Below are positions 23,611-38,284 of a stretch of 64,000 bases of DNA, piece by piece. Positions within the stretch are counted from its first letter, which is position 1. The number at the start of each line of letters is the position of its first letter. Origin of the DNA: Bugula neritina (Eukaryota; Animalia; Bryozoa); the NCBI GenBank assembly GCA_964035545.1, contig OZ037767.1, forward strand, positions 15,008,998 to 15,072,997, written 5' to 3'. Both the position numbers and the translations under genes were made by a program. Below the pieces are notes generated by a model. That model made no database searches. It was not told the origin of the DNA and saw only the letters and a list, made by a program, of their open reading frames with translations.

Positions 23611-26600
23611 TCAGTCTGTCTGTGTAGACACAGACCGGGTAGATTTCACAGGATGCTTCCTAGCAACAGGTATGTGTTTTTGTTCACACAATAAGTGGCA
23701 GTCCATCCAACAGCGTTCACAAAAGTACTAAAACATGGAAAATACATTCATTGTACTTCATAGACAAAATGAAGGCTACCTTGAAAAAGAAAAGTTTTCC
23801 CATATAACTTGAATATTTCTATATTTGCAAAATATGCCTACCACATGAAAAATAGAAGAAATTTTCAACAATTAGCACTTTAGTAAGACTGGATATGTAT
23901 CTATTGTGTGGTAATAATTTAGAAGTATAAAGACATTGGCTATTGGGCATTTTACCTGAAAGCATGACGAGTGTTTACAGAAGTAGGGTCCCTCTCTCAG
24001 CATACAATTACCACAGAGAGATTCTTTTACAATGTGAGGATTAATCTGTATCTACAACACAATTTGCACTGTTATAATCAGTATAGAAACAACCAACATA
24101 ATATTGTTGCACCTTGAAATATTACACAAGAAATATTGTAGAACAATCAAAATAAAATAGCAAACCATTGAATAAAGAATTGAAATTGTTGCAATAGTTA
24201 GTCAAAAGTTAATTAGGAAAAATTACAGCTAAGCTAAATATATAGCCATTTCAAGTTACTTGTCAAACTACCTTTTTTTGAAAGCCTATCGTATTAATAA
24301 ATAGACATCCTTCCTCCACAGCCATTTTATAACTATTTTTGCATAGAAACTGCACTCGACCAGAACCTGAAATATTATCATATCTACTTTGCACCAGTAA
24401 CACCATGTTAAAGAGCAACACATTATTTTAATGTTTATTTAGATTATAGTGTATGTTTGCAAACTGCTTACATATAAACTTTATGTAAATAACTACAGTA
24501 GGTATATATTAAATTAACTTAAGTATGAGGGTCAGTCTCACCAATTGGGTATTTGTTTTTATCCGTGTCTATGCTTGCTGATATTACCCTCCCATAAACT
24601 TCTTTCATTAATTTTGCCAACATGCTGGCCGTAATCTTTCCATGTAATCCGCCTACAAATATGCTGTTCCCTTCTCCAATATTTTTTCTAGTTGTGAGAT
24701 GAAAGTTGTTATTTATATCCCAAGGAATTATCTCCACCTGGTAAACATTAAACTTTTCAAGTATATGGCATTATAATTTACAAACAAAACTGTACATTAC
24801 AACCACTGCACACCTTTTATGTAAGGACAAATAGAATAAATAATTGTTTATTCACCTTTTTACCTCTAATAGTAATTTTCCTTTCTCCATATTCTGATTG
24901 AAGCAATCTCAGCATACTATCCACAGTTTGACCATCTTCAAATACTGCGTAAGCATATCCTTCAAGTACAAAAAGAAGTGATATTGTACAATGGAGACTG
25001 TAAAGTTTTTTTTTGCACCATACTGGGCTTGGGGACTGCACTTCACCTGGGCTGAGATTTGTGCCAGTTTCCTCCACTGGTTTTTATTACTAACTAAACT
25101 TCAAAGCTAGCTTGACTCAGCTGTATAGCTAACTACCATTAGTTATTATAGCAAGCAAGTGGATGAAAATTAGCAATCAGTATCTTACTAGGAACAGAAC
25201 CAAAAGGTTTTACGGTGGGTTAAATAAGAAAGGTTGGTCTGTTATATAAGAAAAATAAAGATGAAATACTTTTTGGCCTAATAATTTACTCAACTGGCAG
25301 AATGGGAAATGAAATTTTCATAGAGACCATATCTCAAATTGGATTCAGTGAGTGCAATACAACTAAACTTTTTTGTAGATTGAATGCAGCTTATTAATTT
25401 TAAATTTCAACTACAGCGTTCTTTCTGGTAGTAGTTGGGATAGTTATAAATACTATTGCTATCTAGCTATTATTGAAAGTAGAAAAGCTGATTGGGTTTA
25501 TTAGAAATATAGCCGCATTGAAGGTACGAAACATGGAGGGGTGCAATTTCATAAATTTTATCAATTCTGCCCAGTCCACCAAAGAAGTTCAAAAACAACT
25601 AAACTTAAGTAGTAACTTCTGCATAGTTATAGATCAGGGGCGGGCAATTTCTTATCTTTGAGGACCAAGTTAAGAAGTTAACCTAAATGATTGTACACAC
25701 AATAGAACTTATGCTGCCGTGCTAATCAGAATAGCAATGACCCTGAAAAATGGGCAAAGGGTCACAAGTGGCAATGGGGCTTCCAGTTGCCCTCTCTTGC
25801 AGTATATGAATAGACAAGTATATATATCTGAGATGTAAAAATGTTGTCCCCACTGGGATTCAAACCCTAGGCTTTTGACTAACCATTACACAAAGAGATT
25901 CCCAACAACATGATACTATTAAGATATTGTATCTTACCAGATAATAAACCTTTGCTAGGCAGTTGAAGTTGGACTTTTCCAAATCTCTTCAATGCTAACT
26001 TTATCTCATCTGAAATGTTTACATATAACAACAGTAATATTATTCATAACTAACATTAACTTTGGAATTCACTTTCACAGCTAACCTACAAACTAGATTT
26101 ACAGCTATTTCAAAGGACAAAATTAAACAATTAAACAGACCTTTAGTCACCTGCTTTGGTATTCCTCCAAGAAAAACTTTGCAAGAATAACGTGGATTTT
26201 GGTTTTCAATTGGCATCTCACCTCGCCATTCGTGTGTTGCTGTCAGAAATTCTACAAAAATATTTGACAAATTAAATTAAAGTTAAGTTTATAGTGTCAC
26301 AAGGCTAAAATGATGCATAATGTTTATGGAAAACAAGAAAACCTTGTTGTTGCCGATTATTAAACATATGAAACTACTGCTAGCTTACACTTGTCTTGAA
26401 TGAGCTGCTTTATATATATCTTAAATAAAAAAACAGACTAAAACTATCATTGCACTGCTATAATGAAATATAATATTTTCTGGAGTATGACTTAAAAAAG
26501 TTGCTATTAAAATTGTTTCTGTTGTCTATGCAATAGAAAATATATTTCACAAGCAAATTCAGTAAAAACAAACTATGTGATTTCATTTTCAAATATTTGT

Positions 26601-26713
26601 TAAAACTTTCTTTAACTTTCTGAAGTTGTATATACCATACAAAGTATATAATCTATATGCTCTAAAGTATTTAATATGTAACTTTATGTACTATACTGAG
26701 TCTTACCAGCCAT
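23611..26713 (-). CDS. CPEB1: CPEB1/Orb-like protein, copy D, 8 exons
   Basis: Exons 26713-26707, 26251-26141, 26009-25938, 24959-24856, 24737-24542, 24366-24272, 24051-23956, 23727-23611. Exon lengths and splice sites are conserved and the frame is open. Confidence 0.9.
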
Positions 26714-26787
26714 ATTGTACTGTGATGGTGATTGAAGGATCTGTTGGTAAACTCTGAGAGATGTATTCTTTGCTGTAAGAAGTCAAG

Positions 26788-26825
26788 AACTGAAGAGACC
26801 TCCCAGAAGACCTCCATTATATATA
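26788..26825 (-). promoter_or_regulatory. Putative TATA + Inr, copy D
   Basis: Same motifs and spacing as copy A. Confidence 0.5.
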
Positions 26826-29800
26826 GATACTGATCACCTCAATAGGGCAATTATCTCTTGGAGTCAAATATTTAAGAACTCAATCACAACACCAGAACCA
26901 GTAATTAGAGGTACTCAGAGCAACAAAGAAAACTCATCTCTCAGGCTGATAGGATTAAGAAAGTGTCACAAACACCAGAACCTGTAATTAAGGGTATCAA
27001 AAGAAGCTCATCTGAAGAAAGAGTTACAAAGTTGCTTGAGGTAATAACGCACTATACTGAGAGCACTGAGTTTAGGGGTAATTTAGTTATTGTAATGACA
27101 TTACAAGTGAATAAACTTTTCCCCAACACTTTTCACTTGAGGTTTACTTTTATTTTAGCTGATCTAACAAATATTTGCTTTACCTCTGAAATTATTTTTA
27201 TGAAATGTATATTTTTGCTGAAGCCTGCTATTATATATAATGTTTTATCTAATAATCGGTTTTTGCACAGTATAAAATAACTTTTAAATACCAACTAGAT
27301 TTTTCAAATATATATATCCTAATAAATGTTATATAACCTTTTAAAACTTCATAAATATAATGATAATTAACTAGCCATTAGGGCTACTAGAGTTTGTTAG
27401 AGTTATGAATTTTACCAAAATCTTATTGATCAGATAAAAACATTTATATAACCACAACCAAAGCATTGACTTTTATAAAAAAACTACTAATTATTCTAGA
27501 GTCCCGTACTCTAGTAGTTTTCTAGCTAACACAAAAGTAATTAAATTAACTTGTAAAAGTTTTGGTTAAGGCTTGAAATAAGCTTTTATAATAATACATA
27601 AGTAAAAGGGTAACTAAAATTTTCGACAGTTGAATATTATTTAACAGCTTAATTGAAAAAGAAAGCAAAGTGTTTTTAGAGCTCTTTGCAAATTGTTTAT
27701 GGTGTCTTACAGCTGAGCTACTATCTTAAAATTAACTACAACATTTATAACAGAAGGAAGCACAACAGTAATGGCAAAATTTAGGACTGAGTTGTAAAAA
27801 GTCCAAAATAATGAAAAATGCTTTATATTTTGTATAAGCTTAAAACCAATGCAAAGCAATTTTAGGCCAGTGTATTTTTATTCCTTTAGCTTATTTTAGC
27901 ACATTGCTCACTTTTATATAGTTCAAATAGTATATATACTGCTTGCTTTGCCTGTTTTCCTCTCTTTGTAGACATTTTAATTATTTTGGCGTAATTTGTC
28001 AAGTTTCTTCAAATTTATGGGTACTTGGCACAAAAATAAATTTCTTTGATCTAAATTAACTTATTAATTTTGCATTTTCTATACTTCTTGTTTGAAAAAA
28101 TAAAATTTCCATAAGAAGTTTTCTTTAAAACCGATGTCTATTGTGGGCTAATTTATTCCTGTTTTCAATTTTGTGAAAATTAGAATACTATTCCAGATAA
28201 TAATTATTCACTGTTATTTCATGTTTATAGCAATCAATACAACAGCTATATATGTATATATAGGTATATTACTATAAGTTATATATTGCACCAAAATATA
28301 ATTAGCATCTAACTGGGAAGTGTCTATATCTGGGGTGAAACCCTTTCAGATAAATATAATGTAAGAGTTCAACAAATAGTCTGGTTTAATCTCACAGGAG
28401 ATGAAGTTTTAGCATTAATTATCTTGAACAATTTGTACCAGAATTATAATTATGTAATAAGATCTTCTTTCAAAGGACTCTCTGTACCAGAGAAAAAGCT
28501 GTATAATTACTCACCAATCAGAGAGGATTAAAATTTGAGAAACTCAGAAAACTAAAAGTCAAAGGCTGTAGTTAAAGAATTACATAATAGAGTAGCTGTC
28601 ATACAGCAAGTTTTGGGTACATACTTGTGAGCTCAACATAAATAACTCTTTTTCATCAAACAAGAAGTAGGTTTATAAAGAGCAGTCTGAGGTGCATAGG
28701 TTGTCTTCAACATTCAAAGAATTATAGCCTATACAAAGAAGTAGTTGACTTCAGTTCTGTTTCTCTGAATAGTGATACAATACTGCATCAGACTTGTTGA
28801 GCAGCTCTGCTTGAGACAAACTGTTACTTTAATTATTAAACCACTAGGTACAAATTAATGCAGATAAAATATACAGGGTGTGTGCTTTGATTAGTTCTGC
28901 TCTAAAATGGCAAGGTATGAAATTTCTTCTGGCCAGAGTGTTTTATACATGCTTTTTTAATACCTAACCTTTCTAGATCGAAAGCCACTGAAAGGGAATA
29001 TTCTGATGGCAAGTGCCACATTGTAAAAGTTAGTTTGAGCTGGGGGCCACAGCATCAGCAATATTCAAAACACTTTATTTTAAATTCTTATGAATCATTA
29101 TATAATTGAGTCATAATGGTTACTGCAAGCTGCATTTGTTACATTATGTATACAAATAAAAGATTTAAACCTAATTCATAGGTGCGTGAAAAATAATTTT
29201 ATTTGTTGTGTCTTTGAGGGCCACATAAATGTAGGCTGCCTCCCTTATCCGGCCCTGCCGTCATTTGTTAAACAGCCTTGATCTAAAGTGTCACTCTTAA
29301 CTTGCTTGTTTTAAAAAAATTGAAAAAATATTAAAAGGGAAAATGAGTGGCATATAAAAGTGCTGACCTATGTAATATATATATATGTAAAATCAGTGTT
29401 TCAAATATTAGCTAGCACTGAGTTTGGGATCATCCGATCATAAATTTGGGTTTGAATCCTAGTGGGGGAAATTATTTCTTGTATATTAAAAGATAGTCTT
29501 GGTTTGAAAATCTCCCGGGATTACACCAGCTCTAAGCACAAACTTGCCTATTTTTATGGAGAAATTAATTTAATAATTAGTTGCACTTGTATATTAGAAC
29601 TTATAAGTGAAATTAAGTTTTTATTTTACTCTAAGTGATACAAATATAATTGAATTTACAGCATGCACTAAATTACTAGCAAAATTTAGCAAACATATGC
29701 TAGTTTCAGGTTTGAAATCATTCAGTGCTTTAACATACCTGTCTTATATTATAATTGATTTTATAAACAGTACCTATTACTACACAGGTTATAGACTGCA

Positions 29801-30379
29801 CATTAAGGTCTTGGAAGAGTCTACATTCATAATATTTCACCTAAAACTTAGAATAACTAGTATTAGCAGCGATATTTAAGGCACATGAAAGTAGATTTTT
29901 AAACTAAAGGAGTTGTGTTTTCATGGCTCTACAGCACAGATGGAAACTACACATGAGAAGAGAGAACAACTCCCAGCCATAAACTATGACTGCGTTTTCA
30001 GCATGTTTTGCATAAGAAGTGTAACTCTACATGTACATACATATTATAGACACTGTTTATTTTATATGCAAAGACCAGGCATTTCTTTACATATTTGTAT
30101 ATAATCAACTTATACAATGTGACTAGCAAAAAGAAACACTGTCCAAACAAATAATAAAATATGTTATAGTATAAACATAGATTCATTATTGAAAAATAAA
30201 CAAAGATAAAAAGTAGAATTTGAAAAAAAACATTTAACAGGATATACAGACTAGTAGTATATTATCAAATTTTAATATTTAGCTTTGGCAAAATAAAGTA
30301 AATATAAAGGATAGGTGTTGAATATGATGTAAATGGTAAAAACCATAACAGATGTCAAAGTGAATCTGGAATCCAGGAT

Positions 30380-30800
30380 AGAGGAATGGTATGAGTCATT
30401 GACACAGACTAGAAGGTGATGTAGGAATGGTATAACACACTGACACACACTAGCAGGTGATGTAGGAATGGTATGACACACCAGCAGGTAAAAGAGAAAT
30501 GGTATGACACACTGACACAGACTAGCAGGTGGTGGAGGAATGGTATGACACACCGACACACACCAGCAGGTAATGTAGGAATGATATGACACACTGACAC
30601 ACACCGGCAGGTGAGAGAGGAATGGTATGACACACTGACACACACTAGCAGGTGATAGAGAGGAATGGTATGACACACTGACACAGACTAGCAGGTGATG
30701 TAGGAATGGTATGACACACTGACACACACTAGCAGGTGAAAGAGAAGAATGGTATGACACACTGACACACATCAGCAGGTGATAGAGATGAATGGTAGTA
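30380..30800. repeat. Minisatellite of about 41 bp (AGGAATGGTATGACACACTGACACACACTAGCAGGTGATGT), about 10 units
   Basis: Tandem units read directly from the sequence. They explain the repetitive ORFs 30272-30805 and 30409-30684. Confidence 0.95.
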
Positions 30801-31349
30801 TACAAAGTTCAGTTCACAATCAACACATTACAGAGTCACCAACACTGATGAAGCCAGGCTTCCCATCTAGCACCAGATTCATGCCGAACATAGGAGAAGA
30901 TTTATTATACTGCTTCAATAGTCTTGTCCTGTAAACAGCAGGTAAAATCTCAACACAGGTCAGTATGCCGTAATGTTGTGTGGCTAAAGGCTAGCCAACT
31001 CTAGACTGACGTGTTGCTATGGGCACCCATACAGTAGCCTAAGTTATTGTGTCTGGCTGTTTGGAGTAATTGAGTTGAACAGTTGAATTTGACAATAAAA
31101 AGTTCATACTTAAAAAATCGTTGCAAAGTTTCACATTGTCTTCAGATCCGTAAATTATGAAAAACATTATTTTTATTTTATGAAATGTTTTTACTTTATT
31201 GCAGGCTTTGAGTGAGTGTATACTACTTTGGAGTTACCCTCTCACACTCAGCTTCATTACATTAATTCTGCCCTTTCATCTTGTTCACTAGCAGACTTTC
31301 TATAAACAATATCACCATAATATTATGTTCCCTCACATTACTTTACTAT

Positions 31350-31760
31350 ATAATAATATACAATGAATAATACAATATAATTTATATAATATATAATGAA
31401 TGATAAATAATACATATTAGTTATTATATACAATAAATAATATATATATATATATATATATTATTTATTATATACAATAAACAATATATATATTACTTAT
31501 TATATACAACAAATAATATATATGGTATTTATTACCTTCATAATATAATTATTAATAAATAAAATAAATATAGTTTATTATATATAACGAAGAATAAATA
31601 ATATATATTATTTATTATATACGATAAATAATATATATGGTATTTATTACCTATATATAACAAATAATAAGTATTATTTATTCTATACAATATATGATAA
31701 AAAATATATATTATTTATTATATGCAATGTATAATATATCTTGCATAATATATATTATAA
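31350..31760. repeat. AT-rich degenerate tandem repeat (TATTTATTATATACAATAAATAATATATA-like)
   Basis: Low-complexity palindromic AT units, found only in the D-E spacer. Confidence 0.7.
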
Positions 31761-32460
31761 ATACATCAGAGTGCAGCGGATAATTTCATTAGCTTAGTAA
31801 GCTATGTAGAATAATAGCTTATTGTAGTTAAATAAATTATGATAAATCTTGAAGAGTTTTTGTAGCAATAAATTCTTTCAATTATATATTTTCAGCAGTT
31901 ATTAAAAATAGACAATAGATGAAACTAATCAAATGAGTTTTTGTATATATCATATATCATATATACTATATAATATATACTATATTAATAATATACTATA
32001 TTCTTTTAATTAGCCTTTGAAGATATATTTTTAAATTTACATTAATTAACTTCTCAAGTTTGCTTTTTCTTATAGTTATGAATTTATTTATTTTATTGTG
32101 TCAAGTTTTTTGTATATTTCTTATTAGATTTGAAAGTAGAAATGAAATATTTTATTAATTTTTCATGACTTAACATTTATCTAAGAAATTTTTTTGACAA
32201 TGTTACAACCAATATATACTAATACAGATACATATACATATTATAAAGATTACCACGTATACACCTATACATATTAGACACACATATTATGGTTAGACAT
32301 AATATATTGCTTATATATTTATTGTATTGTAAAATATTTGAGCTACATTTAGATGTTATACTTACTAGTAGCAGCTAGTGTTGCAATACAAATAAAATCT
32401 TTATTTGGTATAAAGTGGGTCTGCATTTATTTTCATATAATACACTAATTGAATAGATTA

Positions 32461-32586
<126 letters not shown>

Positions 32587-33245
32587 CCCATAATTATGTG
32601 GCTTCATAGAGGGCTGCTCATAGGGGGCAGTGAAAAGTTTGACTGAGTCAATATAATTATTATTGACCCAGTCAAATATTGTCAACACTTGATGGAAACA
32701 AATCATTAAATTTTCAATGATCACAGCATTCCAGTAAAAGGGAATGGATCAGTACGGATTACATTGAAGAAAAGCCATACGCTTCTATGCAATCCATACA
32801 AAGCTATCTTCTCCTAGTATAATTATTATGTAATCAGATCCACTTTCCCAGGGAAAAGCCTGAAAAATCTGAGAAGAATAAAAATTGAGACACTCAGGAA
32901 ACCAAAGTATTTGGAGTCAACGTCATATTGCTTTTTTCTTAATGCTTAGTGTTTAAAGGAAAAGACACATTTGATTTCAATTTATAGCAAATAGTTTATT
33001 CTAAAAGTACATGTTTATAAATACAATGTTATTTGCTACCATCACTAACATAATTTTTACAAATTACAAAGCAGCAAAACTCATCTATTACTGATAAAAA
33101 AGAAGCCTAAAAAGGTTTAAGATGATTTGGCTAAAACTTGTAAAGTAAATTGTAACACAGCGTGTTGGTTACAGGGAGAGAGAGAGGGAAGGGCCGAGTC
33201 TGTGAATAAACATTAAGCTAGTTGATGAGTTGATGTTATGGTTAT

Positions 33246-36162
33246 TCAGTCTGTCTGTGTAGACACAGATCTGGTAGATTTCAGAGGACGCTTCCTAGCA
33301 ACAGGTATGTGTTTTTGTTCACACAATAAGTGGCAGTCCAGCCAACAGCGTTCACAAAAGTACTAAAACATGAAAAATACACTCATTGTACTTCATAAAC
33401 AAAATAAAGGCTGACCTTGAAAAGGACATGTGAAGCCATATGACGTAAATATATTCATATTTGCAAAATATGCCTACTATGTGAAAAATAGAAGAAATCT
33501 TCAACCATTAGCACTTTAGTAAGACTGGCTATGTATCTATTGTGTGGTAATAATTCAGAAGTATAAAGACATTGGCTATTGGGCATTTTACCTCAAAGCA
33601 TGACGAATGTTTACAGAAGTAAGGTCCCTCTCTCAACATACAATTACCACAGAGAGAATCTTTTACAATGTGAGGATTAATCTGTATCTACAACACAATT
33701 TGCACTTGAAATATTTTACAAGAAATATTGTAGAGCAATAAAAATAAAAATAGCAAACTATTGAATAAAGGATTGAAATTATTGCAACATTGCCAAATTA
33801 TTATAGTTAGTCAAAAGCTAATTAGAAAAATTACGGCTAAGCTAAATATACAGCCAAGTTACTTGTCAAACTACCTTTTTTTGAAAGCCTATCGTGTTAA
33901 TAAATAGACATCCTTCCTCCACAGCCATTTTATAACTATTTTTGCATAGAAACTGCACTCGACCAGAACCTGAAATATTATCATATTTACTTTGCACCAG
34001 TAACACCACGTTACAGAGTAACACATTATTTTAATGTTTATTTAGATTATAGTGTATATGTTTGCAAACTGCTTACATATAAACTTTATGTAAATAACTA
34101 CAGGAGGTATATATTAAATTGACTTAAGTATGAGGGTCAGTCTTACCAATTGGGTATTTGTTTTTATCAGTGTCGATGCTCGCTGATATTACCCTCCCAT
34201 AAACTTCTTTCATTATTTTTGCCAACATGCTGGCCGTAATCTTTCCATGTAATCCGCCTACAAATATGCTGTTCCCTTCTCCAATATTTTTTCTAGTTGT
34301 GAGATGAAAGTTATTATTTATATCCCAAGGAATTATCTCCACCTGGTAAACATTAAACTTTTCAAGTATATGGCATAGTCATTATAATTTATAAACACAA
34401 CTATACATTACAACCACTACACACATTTCATGTAAGGACAAATAGAATAAATAACTGTTTATTCACCTTTTTACCCCTAATAGTAATTTTCCTTTCTCCA
34501 TATTCTGATTGAAGCAATCTCAACATACTACCCACAGTCTGACCATCTTCAAATACTGCGTAAGCATATCCTTCAAGTACAAAAAGAAATAATATTGTGC
34601 AAAAAAAGACTGTAAAGTGTTTTCTTGCACCAGACTGGATTTGGGGACTGCACTTCACCTGGGCTAAAGTTGCCTTTATATAGCTTCGCGATTTTCGGTT
34701 AGAATTTCAATTTGGCCGGGTTGAAAATTCTCCGGGTTGCATTGCATTGTAAAAGCCACTCGTAGAAATTTTTATACTGTGATAACTTAATCGGCCAATT
34801 TTAGAATATAGGAGTAATAACTCCTTGTAAACATCGTTATTTAGTTATTACTTTGGCGATTAGACAACGTACTCTGGTAGTAGTTGGGATAGCTATAAAT
34901 AATATAGCTATTATTGAAAGTAGAAAAGCTGATTGGGTTTATTAGAAATATAGCCGCATTGACGGTACGAAACATGGAGGGGTGTAATTTCATAAATTTT
35001 TATCAATTCTGCCCAGTCTACCAGAGAAGTTCAAAAACAACTAAATTTAAGTAGTAACTTCTGCATATAAAGTATAGATCAGGGGTGGGCAATTTCTTAT
35101 CGTTGAGGACCAAGTTAAGAAGTCAAACAAAGTGATTGCATGCACACATAATAGAACCTATGCTGATCGGGGTGCTAATCAGAATAGCAATGAAACTGAA
35201 AAAGGTCACAAGTGGCAATTGGGCTCCCAGTTGCCCACCCCTGCTGTAGATGAAAAATTAATTATAATATTATATATTTGAGATGTGAAAATGTTGTCCT
35301 CACTGGGATTCAAACTCTAGGCGTTTGACTAACCATTACACAAAGAGATTCCTAACAACATGATACTATTAAGATATTATATTTGCTATCTTACCAGATA
35401 ATAAACCTTTGCTAGGTAGTTGAAGTTGGACTTTTCCAAATCTCTCCAATGCTAACTTTATCTCATCTGAAATGTTTACATATAACAATAATAATGTTAT
35501 TCATAACTAACATTAACTTCGAAATTCACTCTCACAGCTAACCTATAAACTAGATTTACAGCTATTTTAAAAGACAACATTAAACAATTAAACAGACCTT
35601 TAGTTACATGCTTTGGTATTCCTCCAAGAAAAACTTTGCAAGAAAAACGTGGATTTTCGTTTTCAATTGGCATCTCACCTCGCCATTCGTGTGTTGCTGT
35701 CAGAAATTCTACAAAAATATTTGACAAATTAAATTAAACTTAAGTCTATAGTGTCACAAGGCCAAAATGATACATAATGTTGATGGAAAACAAGAAAACC
35801 TGGTTGTAGTGGATTATTAGACATATGAAACTACTGCTAGCTTACACTTGTTTTAAATGAGCTGCTTTATATAAATTAAACAAAAAACAGACTAAAACTA
35901 TTATTGCACTGCTATAATGAAATATAATATTTTCTGGAGTATGACTTAAAAAGTTGCTATTAAAATTGTTTCTGTTGTCTTTGCAATAGAAAATATATTT
36001 CACAAGCAAATTCAGTAAAAACAAATGTGATTTCAATTTTAAATATTTGTTAAACTTTCTTTAACTTTCTGAAGTTACATATACCATACAAAGTATATAA
36101 TCTATATACTCTAAAGTATTTAATATGTAACTTTATGTACTATACTGAGTCTTACCAGCCAT
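33246..36162 (-). CDS. CPEB1: CPEB1/Orb-like protein, copy E, 8 exons
   Basis: Exons 36162-36156, 35708-35598, 35466-35395, 34570-34467, 34342-34147, 33969-33875, 33687-33592, 33362-33246. Exon lengths are conserved and the frame is open. Confidence 0.9.
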
Positions 36163-36236
36163 ATTGTACTGTGATGGTGATTCTAGGATCTGTTGGTAAA
36201 CTCTGAGAGATGTATTCTTTGCTGTAAGAAGTCAAG

Positions 36237-36274
36237 AACTGAAGAGATCTCCCAGAAGACCTCCATTATATATA
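36237..36274 (-). promoter_or_regulatory. Putative TATA + Inr, copy E
   Basis: Same motifs and spacing as copy A. Confidence 0.5.
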
Positions 36275-38181
36275 GGTACTGATCACCTCAATAGGGCAAT
36301 TATCTCTTGGAGTCAAATCTTTAAGAACTCAATCACAACATAAGAACCAGTAATTAGAGGTACTCAGAGCAACAAAGAAAACTCATCTCTCAGGCTGGTA
36401 GGATTAAGAAAGTGTTACAAACACCAGAACCTGTAATTAGAGGTATCAAAAGAAGCTCATCTGAAGAAAGAGTTACAAAGTTGCTTGAGGTAATAACGCA
36501 CTATACTGAGAGCACTGAGTTTTGGGGTAATTTAAATATTGTGATGACATATTATAAGTAGACAAACCTTTTCCCTATAACACTTTTTGATTTGAGTTTT
36601 ACCTTTATTTTAACAAATTTACCAAATATTTGCTTTACCTCAACTAAAAGTATTTTTACGGAATGCTTATCAACAGTTTAATATTATTCAACAACCTGAT
36701 TGAAAAAGCAAGCAAAGTGTATTTAGAGTTCTTTGCAAGTTGTTTATGGTGTCTTACCCTGAGCTACTATCTCTAAATTAACTACAACATATATAACAGA
36801 AGGAAGCACACTAATAATGGCAAAATTTAGGACTGAGTTGTAAAAAGTCCAAAATAAAGAAAATTACTTCATGTTTTGTATATGTCTAAAACTAATGCAA
36901 AGCAATTTTAAGCCAGTGTATTTTTATTCCTTTATAGCTGATTTTAGCACGTTGTTCACTATTATATAGTTCAAATAGTATATATACTACTTGCTTTGCC
37001 TGTTTTCTTCTCTTTGTAGACATATTTTTAATTATTTTGGCATAATTTCTCAAGTTTCTTCAAATTTATGGGTACTTAGCGCAGAAATAAATTTCTTTGA
37101 TCTAAACTAATTTATTAATTTTGCATTTTCTATACTTCTTATTTGAAAAAATAAGATTTCCATAAGAAGTATTTGTTAAAAACGATGTCTATTGTAGGCT
37201 AATGTATTTCTGTTTTCCATCCCACACAACTTTGTGAAAATTGGAATACAATTCCATATAATATTCATAATTAATAAATGTTATTTTGAGCTTAGCAATT
37301 AATACAACAGCTATATATGTATATATAAGTATGTTACTATAAGTTATATATTGCACCAAAATATAAATAGCATCTAACCGGGAAGTGTCTATATCTGGGA
37401 TGAAACTCTTTCAGATAGCTACAATGTAAGAGTTCAACAAATAGTCTAGTTTAATCTCGCAGGAGATGAAGTTTTAGCATTAATTATCTTGAACTTTTTG
37501 CACCAGAATTATAATTATGTAATAAGATCTTCTTTCAAAGGACTCTCTGTACTGGAGAAAAAACTGTATAATTGCTGACCAATCAGAGAGGATTAAAATT
37601 TGAGAAACTCAGAGAGCTAAAAATCAAAGGCTGCAGTTAAAGAATTACATAATAGAGTAGCTGTCATTAGCTGGTAATTATACAGTAAGTTTTGGGTACA
37701 TGCACGCAGAGCTGAACATAAATAACTCTTTTTAGTTTAGGGTACATACATGTGAGCTCAACATAAATAACTCTTTCTCATTAAACAAGAAGTAGGTTCA
37801 TAAAGAGCAGTCTGAGGTGCACAGGTTGTCTTCAACACTCAAAGAGTTATAGCCTATACAAAGAAGTAGTTGACTGAGTCAATATAATTATTATTGACCC
37901 AGTCAAATATTTTCAACACCTGATGGGAACAAATCATTAAATTTTCAATAATCACAGCATTTCCATGAAAGAGAATGATGCCCGCAGGGATTACATGGGA
38001 GGAAAGTCACACGTTTCTATGCAATCCGTAGGAAGTGATCTTCTCTTAGTATATACCATAATATCTACTATAATGTAATTTTATAAATTTATTTGTTGTG
38101 CCCTTGAGGGCCCTGAGGTCATTTGTTAAACAGCCTTAATCTAAACTATCACTATAACTTGCTTGTTTTTGAAAATGTGAA

Positions 38182-38284
38182 AAAATATTAAAAGGAAGAA
38201 TGAGTGGCATATAAGAGTAGTGGTTTATAATAATATTATAAACCAGTACTCTTATATGCCACTCATTCTTCCTTTTAATATTTT
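38182..38284. repeat. Near-perfect inverted repeat (50-bp arms, 3-nt loop)
   Basis: 38182-38231 is the reverse complement of 38235-38284 with one G/G mismatch. Confidence 0.9.

Larger units (their letters stand above)
26720..31130 (+). pseudogene. Decayed LRR/7TM remnant, D-E spacer copy
   Basis: Paralogue of 1180-5240. Includes ORF pieces 29607-29879 (..SFSALTYL..IKVLEESTF..KLRITSISS) and 29913-30104, with TDVLLWAPI near 31005-31032. Confidence 0.4.

Noticed and set aside
30272-30805. 177-aa and 91-aa Cys/His-rich ORFs; CRISPR-like appearance
   Set aside because: These are translations of a 41-bp minisatellite. The units are contiguous with no unique spacers, no cas genes are present and the context is eukaryotic.
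30845-30870. CTGATGA motifs as further hammerheads (also 39491 and 5507)
   Set aside because: At 30845 and 39491 no GAAA follows stem II. At 5507 stem II is too short and stem I cannot pair.
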